Shown in pieces: positions 11,435-20,914 of a stretch of 64,000 nt of DNA. The translations under genes and the position numbers were made by a program. This DNA is from Candidatus Nomurabacteria bacterium GW2011_GWE2_34_25 (lineage in GTDB: Bacteria; Patescibacteriota; Minisyncoccia; Phycocordibacterales; UBA9973), in the NCBI GenBank assembly GCA_000990325.1, contig LBPS01000008.1, positions 97-64,096 of the forward strand, written 5' to 3'. A model generated the notes under the pieces. The model saw only the letters and a list, made by a program, of their open reading frames with translations, was not told the DNA's origin and ran no database searches. The first letter of the stretch is position 1. Each line of letters starts with the position of its first letter.

Positions 11435-12682
11435 ATGCTTATAACCGATATTCTTCTTTATACTACGATTTTCGCTTCTGTCTATGTACAGGTCCTCTTT
11501 TTGCTATCCTTTTTCGAGAAAAAAGAACTGTTACAAAAGTATAATTTAAATAATATTATTAACGAAAACGAGTTGCCCCCTGTAACTTTTTTGGTTCCAT
11601 GTTGGAATGAAGAAAAAACTATTTCAAAGACGATTAATTCAATTAAAAATTTGACATATCCTGCAAATAAAATTTTCATTCATATGATTGATGATGGATC
11701 TAAAGATAACACCTGGAAAGAATTATCTAAATTTTCAAATGATCCACAGATCTCTATTTTTAAAAAAGAAAATGGTGGAAAATTTTCTGCTCTCAATTAT
11801 TCTCTTCCAGAAGTCAAAACAGAATTTGTTGCTTCGTTTGATGCAGATACAACAATAAATGAAGATGCCTTATTAAAAATTATTTCTTATTTTACAAAAG
11901 ACAAAGACATTTCAGCTGTTGGTGGTTCTATCCTGATAAAATCTCCTAAGACAATGGCTCAAAAAGCTCAAAGTGTTGAATATCAAATGTTTTCCTTTTC
12001 AAAAAAAGTACTTGCGCTTTTAGGAGGCCCTCTGGTTGTACCAGGAGCCTTTTCTGTCTTTAAAATAGATACCTTACGTAAAGTAGGAGGATGGAAGGAT
12101 GGACACGGGCTTGAAGATTTAGAACTTACATACAGGATGCAAGTAAATGGGTATAAGGTTGAACATTCTCATGATTCTATAGCTTTCACTACAGGACCTA
12201 AAACAATTCGTAATTTATTTACACAACGATTACGTTGGGGGTATGGTTTTCTAAAAAATACAAAAGATTACAAATCGGCAATTTTTAATAAGAAATTTGG
12301 TAATTTTGGAATTTTCACCTTGCCTATGAGCTTGATGTCATATTTTATTATTGTAATTGTGTTTGGAATAAGTTGGTATAATATTTTTTTATTTTTATAT
12401 GATAAATTCCTGGTATTAAAGCTCCTTGGTGTTAGAGCTTTATTTGGTCATATTTCTTTTAATTTATTTTACTTTAATACTAAAGCTATTGTCTTTCTAT
12501 CGATTCTTACCATAATATTTTTTGCTATTACTATTATATTTGGTCGTAAAATTTCAAATGTTCGTGAGAAAAATTTTGGACATATATTTTATTTCTTTAT
12601 TTTATATAGTTTAATTGTGCCATTTTGGGTCATAAAAAATATTTGGAATGCTCTTATTTCTAATAGGCCTGCGTGGCGTTAA
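11435..12682 (+). CDS. Family 2 glycosyltransferase (membrane-bound, processive type)
   Basis: DxD region MIDDGSKDNT, the QRLRWGYG motif (QxxRW) and C-terminal transmembrane segments. Confidence 0.8.
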   Translation: MLITDILLYTTIFASVYVQVLFLLSFFEKKELLQKYNLNNIINENELPPVTFLVPCWNEEKTISKTINSIKNLTYPANKIFIHMIDDGSKDNTWKELSKFSNDPQISIFKKENGGKFSALNYSLPEVKTEFVASFDADTTINEDALLKIISYFTKDKDISAVGGSILIKSPKTMAQKAQSVEYQMFSFSKKVLALLGGPLVVPGAFSVFKIDTLRKVGGWKDGHGLEDLELTYRMQVNGYKVEHSHDSIAFTTGPKTIRNLFTQRLRWGYGFLKNTKDYKSAIFNKKFGNFGIFTLPMSLMSYFIIVIVFGISWYNIFLFLYDKFLVLKLLGVRALFGHISFNLFYFNTKAIVFLSILTIIFFAITIIFGRKISNVREKNFGHIFYFFILYSLIVPFWVIKNIWNALISNRPAWR

Positions 12683-12686
12683 TTTT

Positions 12687-13502
12687 ATGTTCTGGAAAAG
12701 ATACTTAATTTCTTTTGCGATAACCATCATCTTCTTTATTGGAGCTTTTTATTTGAGCAATCAGTTGGCTCAAAAAAAGATTGACCAAGTGAGGGTTATT
12801 CAGGACAAGATTTCTACTGATATTTTATCTACTGAAACACGTTTTATACTTCTAGGTTCATCTTCGTGCAAGCATGTTCAGTCCAGTGAAGAATTCGAAG
12901 CAAGTTTAACCGAAGAGCTTTCTGAAATGGCTAGACGTGTTAAATTTATGGAAAGTCAGCTGGGTTATGACGATGAGAGAGTCTTGTTAATAAAAAATCA
13001 ATATTCACTTTTTCAAATTAAAGATTATTTACTACATAGACAAATTGCAGAACGTTGCGGAGAAGAGATTACTACAATTTTATCATTTCACAATTTAACA
13101 TGTTCTGATTGTAAAGAACAGTCTATTGTGTTAGATGAAATACACAATAAATACCCAGCAGTTAGAATCTATTGGTTAGACACAGATAGCAATACTCCAG
13201 CAGTTAAAACATTAGTTTCAATGTTTGATGTTAAGTCAACTCCAACGATAGTCATAGGAGAAAAGAAATATGAAGGATTTCAATCGATAGAAGTATTGTC
13301 AGAAATTTTTGATAATATAGAAAAATTAAAACAAAAAGCGATAGATTTAAAGGCAAAACAAAAAAGTTCAAAACCTACTTCTACTAATATAGTTCCTACG
13401 GTTTCTCCGACATCTAAAAATATAACAACTCCAGTTGTTTCAGATACAGCTACCACCGTAGAATCTAAGACAACAACTAATGCACCAGAAGTCAAGAATT
13501 AA
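12687..13502 (+). CDS. Membrane-anchored thioredoxin-like protein with Ser/Thr-rich C-terminal tail
   Basis: An N-terminal TM helix, a CSDC (CxxC) motif, and a cis-Pro-like STPTIVI motif. The start is chosen at the internal Met and is uncertain. Confidence 0.5.
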   Translation: MFWKRYLISFAITIIFFIGAFYLSNQLAQKKIDQVRVIQDKISTDILSTETRFILLGSSSCKHVQSSEEFEASLTEELSEMARRVKFMESQLGYDDERVLLIKNQYSLFQIKDYLLHRQIAERCGEEITTILSFHNLTCSDCKEQSIVLDEIHNKYPAVRIYWLDTDSNTPAVKTLVSMFDVKSTPTIVIGEKKYEGFQSIEVLSEIFDNIEKLKQKAIDLKAKQKSSKPTSTNIVPTVSPTSKNITTPVVSDTATTVESKTTTNAPEVKN

Positions 13503-13577
13503 TTGAAGTCTTAAGGTGTAAATAATAAAAAACCAAAGATCATATTCTTTGATATTAGAAATATGATTTGTTTATAT

Positions 13578-14642
13578 ATGAAACTTAGCTTAATAATCCC
13601 AACATATAACGAAAAAGAAAACATTAGAATCCTCATTCTTAAATTAGAGGAGGAGTTTAATCTAAATAAAATTGATGGAGAAATAATAGTTGTTGATGAT
13701 AATTCCCCAGATGGTACGGGTATTATTTTAGATGATTTAAAAATGAAATATGTTTTTCTTAGGGTAATTCACAGAGAAGGAAAGTTGGGACTTTCTTCGG
13801 CTGTTGTAGCAGGGTTTAACCTTGCAAAAGGGGATATATTAGGGGTTATGGATGCCGATTTAAGCCATTCTCCCGAAAAGGTCAATGAAATGTATCAAGA
13901 GATAATAAAGGGTGCAGATTTTGTGGTTGGGAGTAGGTATATAAAAGGAGGTAAAATAGAGGGTTGGAATATTTATAGAAAATTATTATCACTAGGCGCA
14001 ACTTTATTTGCTCGAGTTTATACTAGTGTCAAAGATCCCATGTCTGGATTTTTTATGTTTAAAAAAGACCTTTTATTAAACAAAGAAATAAATCCAAAAG
14101 GTTTTAAAATTTTACTTGAATTATTGATTAAATTAGAATACAAACAAATAGTAGAAATACCGATTGTTTTTATAAATAGGACAGTAGGGAAGAGCAAGGC
14201 TGGAACCAGAGAGATAATTTATTATTTAGAAAATTTAATCAAATACCTTCCTTATAAAAAAGAGGTCATTGGAGAATTTTTAAAATTCATATTAGTAGGG
14301 TTAGTCGGAACTTTTGTAAATATAATCATCTTATACTCATTTACTGAATATTATAATGTTTATTATTTATATTCAGCCCTCCTTTCTTTTGTTGTTGCAG
14401 TTACTGTTAATTTCATTCTAAATAAAATATGGACCTTTAATGAGAAAATAGGCTATAAAATATTTCAAAAATACATAAAATTCTTTTCAGTAAGTCTTTT
14501 TGCTCTTTCTGTCAATATATTTTTTTTAATTTTACTAACGGAAGTATTTGGATTATATTATATATATTCTCAGATCCTAGCCATAGGTATGTCTTTAGTT
14601 ATAAATTTTATTGGTAATAAAATTTGGACATTTTGCAAATAA
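13578..14642 (+). CDS. Polyprenol-phosphate glycosyltransferase (DPM1-like GT2 domain) fused to a GtrA-like 4-TM domain
   Basis: MKLSLIIPTYNEKENI...VVDDNSPDGTG...DADLSH motifs, and a C-terminal GtrA-like hydrophobic domain. Confidence 0.8.
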   Translation: MKLSLIIPTYNEKENIRILILKLEEEFNLNKIDGEIIVVDDNSPDGTGIILDDLKMKYVFLRVIHREGKLGLSSAVVAGFNLAKGDILGVMDADLSHSPEKVNEMYQEIIKGADFVVGSRYIKGGKIEGWNIYRKLLSLGATLFARVYTSVKDPMSGFFMFKKDLLLNKEINPKGFKILLELLIKLEYKQIVEIPIVFINRTVGKSKAGTREIIYYLENLIKYLPYKKEVIGEFLKFILVGLVGTFVNIIILYSFTEYYNVYYLYSALLSFVVAVTVNFILNKIWTFNEKIGYKIFQKYIKFFSVSLFALSVNIFFLILLTEVFGLYYIYSQILAIGMSLVINFIGNKIWTFCK

Positions 14643-16108
14643 TAAAAAAAATAAAGGAATACTGGCTTAGTCTTGATAAAATAGATAAATACATTATCTT
14701 ATTGTTAGTTTTTTCTTTTTTAATTAGAATAACTTTTCTAACTTATTCTCCTCTTAGAGGGTGGGATGAAACTGTTTATATGAATTTAGGTAGTGATTTA
14801 AGTCATAATCCTTTCTTCTACTCACTTGAAAAAAGTGGCTGGAATGACTTTATATCAATTCCTGAACCTGTATATGAGTGGCCCAATATTGGATTTAGAG
14901 CTCCTTTGTTGCCATATCTATTATCTATTTTTTATTCTTTAAATCTAATTTTTTTGATTCCATTTTTGATTCCATTTTTTGCAACACTTAGTGTTTTCCT
15001 AGTTTACATTTTAGGCAAGAACATGTTTAATAAGAAAATTGGATTTTATGGTGCTACTCTTTTTTCTCTAGTACCGATAAATATATTGAGTAGTGAAAAA
15101 ATATGGACTGATTCATTGGTTGTCTTTTTTTTACTTCTGACTTTTATTAGTTTCTGGAAAGGTTACGAAAAAAATGATAATAAACATAAGGTATTTTTTG
15201 GTATATTTTTAGCATTATCTTTAATGACTAGATATACAACTCTATGGATTACTCCCGTGTTTCTTCTATACTTCTTGATAAGAGACAAATCTTTGAAATT
15301 TATGCTTGATAAATATCTTTGGAGAGCTATTTTATCATTTTTCGTTGTTCTAATTCCTTGGTTTATTTATGGTTGTGTCTTTTACCAAAATCCGATTGGG
15401 GGCTTTATACACGGTTTTAAGGCAGCTGCTTATTGGGGAGGAGTGCAATCCTGGAGCTTTTTCATTGATAATTCATGGTTAATATTTTCAATTATTGGAT
15501 GGTTATTTTTGTTTTCAATTATTTATATCTTTTACAAGAAAGAGTTTTTAAGAAGAGATATTTATTTGTTGCTACTGTGGAGTCTTTTTTTCTCTTCGAT
15601 AGTTATGGCTATGCCACACAAAGAAGAAAGATTTATAACACCAATAATTCCAGCCATCTGTCTAATTTCTGCATTCTTTGTTTATCAATTAAAAAAATAT
15701 AAGAATATATTTTTTATAATGATATGTTTAACTTTGCTGTATTCATCTTATCTTTTATATAAAGCTAATGTAAAAGAGTCATTAAATACAGTTAATATAT
15801 GTTTTTCGTCAGGAAATAATTTTCTTGCTACAGAAACTGGTGTTGATTCATTAATAATAACAAATCAGGATTCAATCGTTCATTACTATACACAGAGAGA
15901 CACGATTATTTATCCAAAAGTTTGGAGTTTAAAAAATCTTAAAACAACAATAGATGTAATGTACCCATATAGTAATGTTTATGTTTATTTTTCAAACTAT
16001 GACATGTATATACCAAGTAGAATTAAAAATGATCTTGATGAAAATTTTGAGAAGATATATGAATGTAATATAGAAATAGGACATTCTTATGTTTATAAGT
16101 ATAGATAA
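14624..16108 (+). CDS. GT-C family glycosyltransferase (ArnT/PMT-like, family 39/83) integral membrane protein
   Basis: About 12 predicted TM helices and an N-terminal loop typical of dolichyl/undecaprenyl-phosphate sugar transferases. The start is uncertain. Confidence 0.65.
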   Translation: MDILQIIKKIKEYWLSLDKIDKYIILLLVFSFLIRITFLTYSPLRGWDETVYMNLGSDLSHNPFFYSLEKSGWNDFISIPEPVYEWPNIGFRAPLLPYLLSIFYSLNLIFLIPFLIPFFATLSVFLVYILGKNMFNKKIGFYGATLFSLVPINILSSEKIWTDSLVVFFLLLTFISFWKGYEKNDNKHKVFFGIFLALSLMTRYTTLWITPVFLLYFLIRDKSLKFMLDKYLWRAILSFFVVLIPWFIYGCVFYQNPIGGFIHGFKAAAYWGGVQSWSFFIDNSWLIFSIIGWLFLFSIIYIFYKKEFLRRDIYLLLLWSLFFSSIVMAMPHKEERFITPIIPAICLISAFFVYQLKKYKNIFFIMICLTLLYSSYLLYKANVKESLNTVNICFSSGNNFLATETGVDSLIITNQDSIVHYYTQRDTIIYPKVWSLKNLKTTIDVMYPYSNVYVYFSNYDMYIPSRIKNDLDENFEKIYECNIEIGHSYVYKYR

Positions 16109-16123
16109 AAGAAGTTGGAGCCG

Positions 16124-16251
16124 GCAAACGAGTTTCGGTCACAAATCTTTTTCTACTGAAAAAGTTCGCGACCCCGGCTCGGCTCGTCAGCCTGCGCCTT
16201 TCGAATCCTCGTGCCGGCAAAAAAGATGTCATTTAGACATCTTTTTTATTG
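16124..16251 (-). repeat. tRNA-adjacent structured repeat element (copy D), ending in an inverted and a direct copy of the tRNA-Thr 3' end
   Basis: The core on the minus strand (ggctgacgagccgag...ctttttcagtagaaaaag...gtgaccgaaa) is homologous to the cores at 57085, 49320 and 58190. An inverted copy ttcgaatcctcgtgccggc sits at 16200-16218. A direct partial copy gagccggcaaacgag sits at 16126-16140. The hairpin aaaaagatgtc-atttag-gacatcttttt lies internally. Confidence 0.7.
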
Positions 16252-16324
16252 AGCCGGCACGAGGATTCGAACCCCGGACATCCACTTTACAAAAGTGGCG
16301 CTCTACCAACTGAGCTATGCCGGC
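16252..16324 (-). tRNA. tRNA-Thr (anticodon TGT)
   Basis: Cloverleaf GCCGGCA/TGCCGGC acceptor, GCTC/GAGC D-stem, anticodon loop TTTGTAA, and T-loop TTCGAAT. Read by eye. Confidence 0.85.
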
Positions 16325-16394
16325 ATATTTAAAATATGCAAAATTTAACATCCAACCTAACGAAACTACTTTCTTACTAAGCTATACTAGCATA

Positions 16395-16859
16395 TTATAG
16401 GATTTTATCAACTTCACTTATTTCCTTATTAGTTTCAACATCTGTTGATGATTCTAACTTGTCTTCATGTTCTTTTTGAATTTTTTCCTTTACTTTTTTA
16501 ATCTTTATTTTAGACTCAATTACAGCTCTTTGTATAAATGAAATTTTTCTAGAATCAAATATGCCTTCTTTTTTCTTGAATAATTTATTTATTTTTGGCA
16601 ATTTGTTTTGGAATAGAACTTTAGTTTTTGCAACAATGAGGAACCACACTTTCACACTAGAAAGGACTATCCATTGGATAATATGTTTTGTTAAAAATAA
16701 AAATATTTTTTCAAAATATCTAAAAGATAAATTTGGAGTAAATTTATCTTGTTCGTCAATTATGATAATTCTCTTTGTTCTTAATTTCCAATCACGAACT
16801 ATTAGCATTCCAAATGCCAAGATTATCGCTATGAAAAAAATGATAATAATTAAAGTCAT
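16395..16859 (-). CDS. Hypothetical membrane protein
   Basis: An ORF with an N-terminal TM helix immediately downstream of tsf. No recognisable motifs. Confidence 0.35.
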   Translation of the reverse strand: MTLIIIIFFIAIILAFGMLIVRDWKLRTKRIIIIDEQDKFTPNLSFRYFEKIFLFLTKHIIQWIVLSSVKVWFLIVAKTKVLFQNKLPKINKLFKKKEGIFDSRKISFIQRAVIESKIKIKKVKEKIQKEHEDKLESSTDVETNKEISEVDKIL

Positions 16860-16865
16860 AATTAT

Positions 16866-17648
16866 TTAACCAATAACTTCATGAATGAAACTTACGAAAG
16901 TAGCACCTTTCTCTTTGAGTAGATTACCAACAGTTAATTCAGGATTTTTTATAAATGCTTGCTCCATAAGAGTTTGTTCTTTGAAGTAAGTAGAAATCTT
17001 ACCATCTAGCATTTTCTTCTTTATATCTTCAGGTTTATCTGATTCTGCTACTTCTTTTTCAAATACTTCTATAACTTTAGCCTTATCTTCTTCTGTTATA
17101 TCATCTGTTTTTATAAATGCAGGCTTCATTGCTGCTATATGCATAGCTATATCTTTTGCCAATTCTGTTGTTCCTCCTGTTAGAGTCACTATGACAGCTC
17201 TCTTAGTTCCGTGAACATAGCTACCTATTGTAGTCCCTTCCACTAATTCCACTTTTCCAAGCTCAATCTTTTCTCCTACTTTTTGAACCACAGGATTAAT
17301 CATATCTAAAGATTTTATTTGCATAGTTTCTACTCCTTCACTCCACGCTAATTGTGCGAGTTCATTTGCAAGTGCAATAAAGTCTGCATTTCTAGCTACG
17401 AAGTCAGTTTCAGAATGAAGAGTAAGAAGTAAGGCTTTCCCTGTATCTTCAACTACCACAATGATTCCATCGTGGGCAGTACGGTCAGACTTTTTCATTG
17501 CGATACTACTTGATTTCTTTTTAAGAATTATAAGAGCTTTTTCCATATCTCCCTCTGCTTCTTCTAGGGCATTTTTACATTGCATGACAGAGACTCCTGT
17601 ACTATCTCTTAATTCTTTTACTAATTCTGCAGTTATTTTTATAGACAT
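16866..17648 (-). CDS. tsf: Elongation factor Ts
   Basis: The N-terminus reads ITAELVKELRDSTGVSVMQCKNAL, the UBA-like EF-Ts signature. rpsB lies upstream. Confidence 0.93.
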   Translation of the reverse strand: MSIKITAELVKELRDSTGVSVMQCKNALEEAEGDMEKALIILKKKSSSIAMKKSDRTAHDGIIVVVEDTGKALLLTLHSETDFVARNADFIALANELAQLAWSEGVETMQIKSLDMINPVVQKVGEKIELGKVELVEGTTIGSYVHGTKRAVIVTLTGGTTELAKDIAMHIAAMKPAFIKTDDITEEDKAKVIEVFEKEVAESDKPEDIKKKMLDGKISTYFKEQTLMEQAFIKNPELTVGNLLKEKGATFVSFIHEVIG

Positions 17649-17693
17649 AATTTATTATGGATTGGTCATATGACCTTAACAAATAATTTTTTA

Positions 17694-18395
17694 TTACTTC
17701 TTGTCTCCTCCTGCTACACCTTTATTGTAAGCATTTTTGATTTGAGTTAAGAAGAAGCTAATACTAGATACAGAGGCATCATTGGCAATAATAGGGAATT
17801 CGGAGTGCTTGATATTACAGTCTGTATTCATAAGAGAAATAACAGGAAGGTTCATCTTATGAGCTTCAGTCACAGCTATATGTTCTTTTTTAGGATCGAC
17901 AACAAACATTGCATCAGGAGTGCGAGTAATACCAGTAAGACCTTGGAAATTTTTTGTCATGTCATCCATTTCTCTGTCAATTAGGAGCCTTTCTTTTTTA
18001 GTATATTTATCCAAGCCCCCTTTTTCTTTTTGGTCACGGAGGTCAAGAAGCTTAGTGATACGTTTTTTAATTTCAGGGAAATTTGTAAGAGCTCCTCCAA
18101 CCCAACGTTCAGAAACATAAGGCATATTGAGAGAAAGGGCAGTCTCTATAATTTGCTGACGAGCTTCTGCTTTTGTTCCAACGAAAAGTATTGTTTTACC
18201 AGCTTGGGCGAGTGCGGTCACTTTTTCGATTGCTTTATCAAAAAGTTCGTTAGTTTTTTCAATATTTATAATATCTACTCCATTTTTTGTTGCGAAAATA
18301 TAAGGAGTTGTAGATGGATGGCGACGACTCTTTGAATATCCATAATGAGTACCATTTGCAAACATTTCTTCTATAACACTATTTTGTGTAGTCAT
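17694..18395 (-). CDS. rpsB: 30S ribosomal protein S2
   Basis: Motifs FANGTHYGYSKSRRHP, LFVGTK and VVDPKKEHIAVTEAHKMNLPVI. The start is chosen at the internal Met. Confidence 0.93.
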   Translation of the reverse strand: MTTQNSVIEEMFANGTHYGYSKSRRHPSTTPYIFATKNGVDIINIEKTNELFDKAIEKVTALAQAGKTILFVGTKAEARQQIIETALSLNMPYVSERWVGGALTNFPEIKKRITKLLDLRDQKEKGGLDKYTKKERLLIDREMDDMTKNFQGLTGITRTPDAMFVVDPKKEHIAVTEAHKMNLPVISLMNTDCNIKHSEFPIIANDASVSSISFFLTQIKNAYNKGVAGGDKK

Positions 18396-18551
18396 AATTT
18401 TGTTTTCTATGATTAATTTATAATACCTTCCGTTTTTAAGCATCCCAGCTTATTTACAAAGGTCTTTTAAACAAAAAAGTCCTTCACGGAAAGTATTCAA
18501 ATAGTACCAGAAAAAGCATTATTTTGCAAGTTGAAAATAACCTTTTGTTTT

Positions 18552-18580
18552 TTGACTGTAAGGGGTTTTTAGGGTAGTAT
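18552..18580 (+). promoter_or_regulatory. Candidate sigma-70 promoter TTGACT-17bp-TAGTAT driving proS, probably leaderless
   Basis: Near-consensus -35 and -10 hexamers with a 17-bp spacer. The -10 ends about 6 nt before the ATG at 18587. Confidence 0.45.
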
Positions 18581-19846
18581 GTGGGTATGAGACAATCACA
18601 ACTATTCACTAAAACAAAGAAGGAGAGTCCAGCTGACGAAGTATCATTAAATGCTGAACTTTTAATCAGAGCAGGCTTTATTAATAAAGAAATGGCAGGG
18701 GTTTATTCTTATCTACCTTTGGGTTTACGTGTTATAAAGAAGATTGAGAATATTATAAGAGAAGAAATGAATGCTATAGGAGGTATTGAGATGAAAACAA
18801 GTATTATTCAAAGTAAAGAGGTTTGGGAAAAGTCTGGAAGATGGAGTGATGATGTTGTTGATAATTGGTTTAAGACAAAATTAAAAAATGGAACAGAGGT
18901 TGGTTTGTCATTCACAAACGAAGAGGCTTATTCAAACATTTTAAAACAATACATAAGTTCATACAAAGATTTACCTATTTATCCTTATGACTTTAAAGAT
19001 ATATTTAGAAATGAAACAAGAAGTAAATCTGGAATTTTAAGAGGTAGGGAATTTTACTGGAAGGCACTTTATTCTTTTTCTAAGAATGCAGAAGAACATA
19101 ATGTTTTCTACGAGAAATCAAAAGAAGCATATAAAAATATCTTTAATAAAGTTGGCATTGGTCATTTAACTTACCTGACTTTTGCATCTGGTGGAACTTT
19201 CTCAAAATTTTCTCATGAATTTCAGACCATTACTTCTGCGGGAGAAGATACTATATATGTGGATCCCAATAATGGTATTGCTGTAAATAAAGAAGTTTAT
19301 AATGATGAAGTCCTCGAAAGTTTAGGGCTTAAGAAAGAAGATATGGTTGAAAATAAAGCCATAGAAGTTGGGAATATTTTCTCATTGGGGACAAAATTTT
19401 CAACACCTTTTGATTTAAAATATAAAGATGAAAAAGGGGAAGATAATTTAGTTGTTATGGGTTGTTATGGTATAGGATTAGGAAGACTCATGGGGACTAT
19501 TGTTGAGACTCTCTCTGATGATAAAGGTATTATATGGCCAGAGAGTATTGCTCCATTTAAGGTTCATTTATTGTCACTAGGGGATGATGAAAATGTAAAA
19601 AATAGAGCAGAAGAACTTTACAATAGTTTAACAGCGAAAGGAATAGAAGTTTTGTTTGATGACCGCACAGATATAAGTGCTGGAGAAAAATTTGCAGACT
19701 CTGATTTGATTGGTGTTCCTTACCGAGTTGTTGTTTCAAAACGTAGTTTGGCTGATGGAGGTTTTGAAATTAAAAAACGTGTTGAATCTAATGGAAAAAT
19801 AATCACGATCGATGAATTAGTTAATCTACTAGAAGCCAAAAGATAG
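18581..19846 (+). CDS. proS: Prolyl-tRNA synthetase (compact form lacking the bacterial editing insertion)
   Basis: The N-terminus reads MRQSQLFTKTKKESPADEVSLNAELLIRAGFI...YSYLPLGLRV, typical of ProRS. A class II core and a C-terminal anticodon-binding region are present. Confidence 0.85.
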   Translation: MGMRQSQLFTKTKKESPADEVSLNAELLIRAGFINKEMAGVYSYLPLGLRVIKKIENIIREEMNAIGGIEMKTSIIQSKEVWEKSGRWSDDVVDNWFKTKLKNGTEVGLSFTNEEAYSNILKQYISSYKDLPIYPYDFKDIFRNETRSKSGILRGREFYWKALYSFSKNAEEHNVFYEKSKEAYKNIFNKVGIGHLTYLTFASGGTFSKFSHEFQTITSAGEDTIYVDPNNGIAVNKEVYNDEVLESLGLKKEDMVENKAIEVGNIFSLGTKFSTPFDLKYKDEKGEDNLVVMGCYGIGLGRLMGTIVETLSDDKGIIWPESIAPFKVHLLSLGDDENVKNRAEELYNSLTAKGIEVLFDDRTDISAGEKFADSDLIGVPYRVVVSKRSLADGGFEIKKRVESNGKIITIDELVNLLEAKR

Positions 19847-19867
19847 TTACTAGAACCTAATTTATAT

Positions 19868-20914
19868 ATGTTCAAAAAAATATACCAAATGTTTTCTAAT
19901 GATATTGGAATCGATTTAGGAACAGCCAACACGCTGGTGTATTTGAAGGGGCACGGCATCGTTATCAACGAACCTTCTGTTGTTGTTGTAAACCAGAAAA
20001 CAGGTCAGATCGTCGCTGTTGGGGCTGAAGCCAAGCAAATGCTTGGGCGTACTCCAGGTCACGTGCGAGCTATTCGTCCTATTGTCGACGGAGTCATATC
20101 TGATTTTGAAGTCACAGAAGAAATGCTTTCATATCTTATAAATAAAGCTGAGAAAATTTCAAAGAAGTTCATTCGTCCACGTGTGGTTCTGGGAGTTCCG
20201 ACTGGTATAACCAACGTAGAGATAAGAGCAGTAGAAGATGCAGCACGTTCCGCTGGGGCACGTGAAGTTTACATTATCGAAGAGCCAATGTCAGCTGCGA
20301 TAGGGATACGCTTGCCAGTCAAAGAAGCTGTCGGGTCTGTTATTGTAGATATTGGAGGGGGTACTACCGATGTTGCTGTTATTTCACTCTCTGGGGTTGT
20401 TCGTTCAAAGAATTTGAAAATTGCAGGCGATCTTCTTAACCTCAATATTATAAATTACATGAAAGATGAATTTAAATTATTGATCGGAGAAAGAACCGCT
20501 GAAGGGGTGAAGATTGCTATAGGTTCTGCTATTGAAGGTGATTCTATGGAAGCTGAAGTTAGAGGCAGAGATTTGGTTACAGGGTTACCTCGTCAAGTAA
20601 TAGTTACAGATTCAGACATAAGAGAAGCTATTTTGCCTTCAATTATGAGCTTGGTTGATGGGGTTAAAGAAGTGCTTGAAACTACTCCACCAGAAATACT
20701 TTCAGATATTATGCACAGAGGATTAGTTCTTTCAGGAGGTGGAGCTCTTATACGAGGCTTAGATGTTTTACTACGAAAAACATTGAAAATTCCTATCTAT
20801 ATAGCAGAAGATCCACTTACGGCCGTTGCTCGTGGTACAGGTGTGGTGCTCGATGATTTTGATTCTTATCAAGAAGTTTTATTAAACACAGATGATTCAT
20901 CAGTTCCGAGATAA
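19868..20914 (+). CDS. mreB: Rod shape-determining protein MreB
   Basis: Actin-fold motifs IGIDLGTANTLVY, NEPSVV and DIGGGTTD. Confidence 0.93.
   Translation: MFKKIYQMFSNDIGIDLGTANTLVYLKGHGIVINEPSVVVVNQKTGQIVAVGAEAKQMLGRTPGHVRAIRPIVDGVISDFEVTEEMLSYLINKAEKISKKFIRPRVVLGVPTGITNVEIRAVEDAARSAGAREVYIIEEPMSAAIGIRLPVKEAVGSVIVDIGGGTTDVAVISLSGVVRSKNLKIAGDLLNLNIINYMKDEFKLLIGERTAEGVKIAIGSAIEGDSMEAEVRGRDLVTGLPRQVIVTDSDIREAILPSIMSLVDGVKEVLETTPPEILSDIMHRGLVLSGGGALIRGLDVLLRKTLKIPIYIAEDPLTAVARGTGVVLDDFDSYQEVLLNTDDSSVPR

Noticed and set aside
16023-16313. ORFs 16023-16232 (-) and 16089-16313 (+) overlapping tRNA-Thr and repeat copy D
   Set aside because: The translations run through a tRNA gene and palindromic repeat DNA. 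They are not coding.
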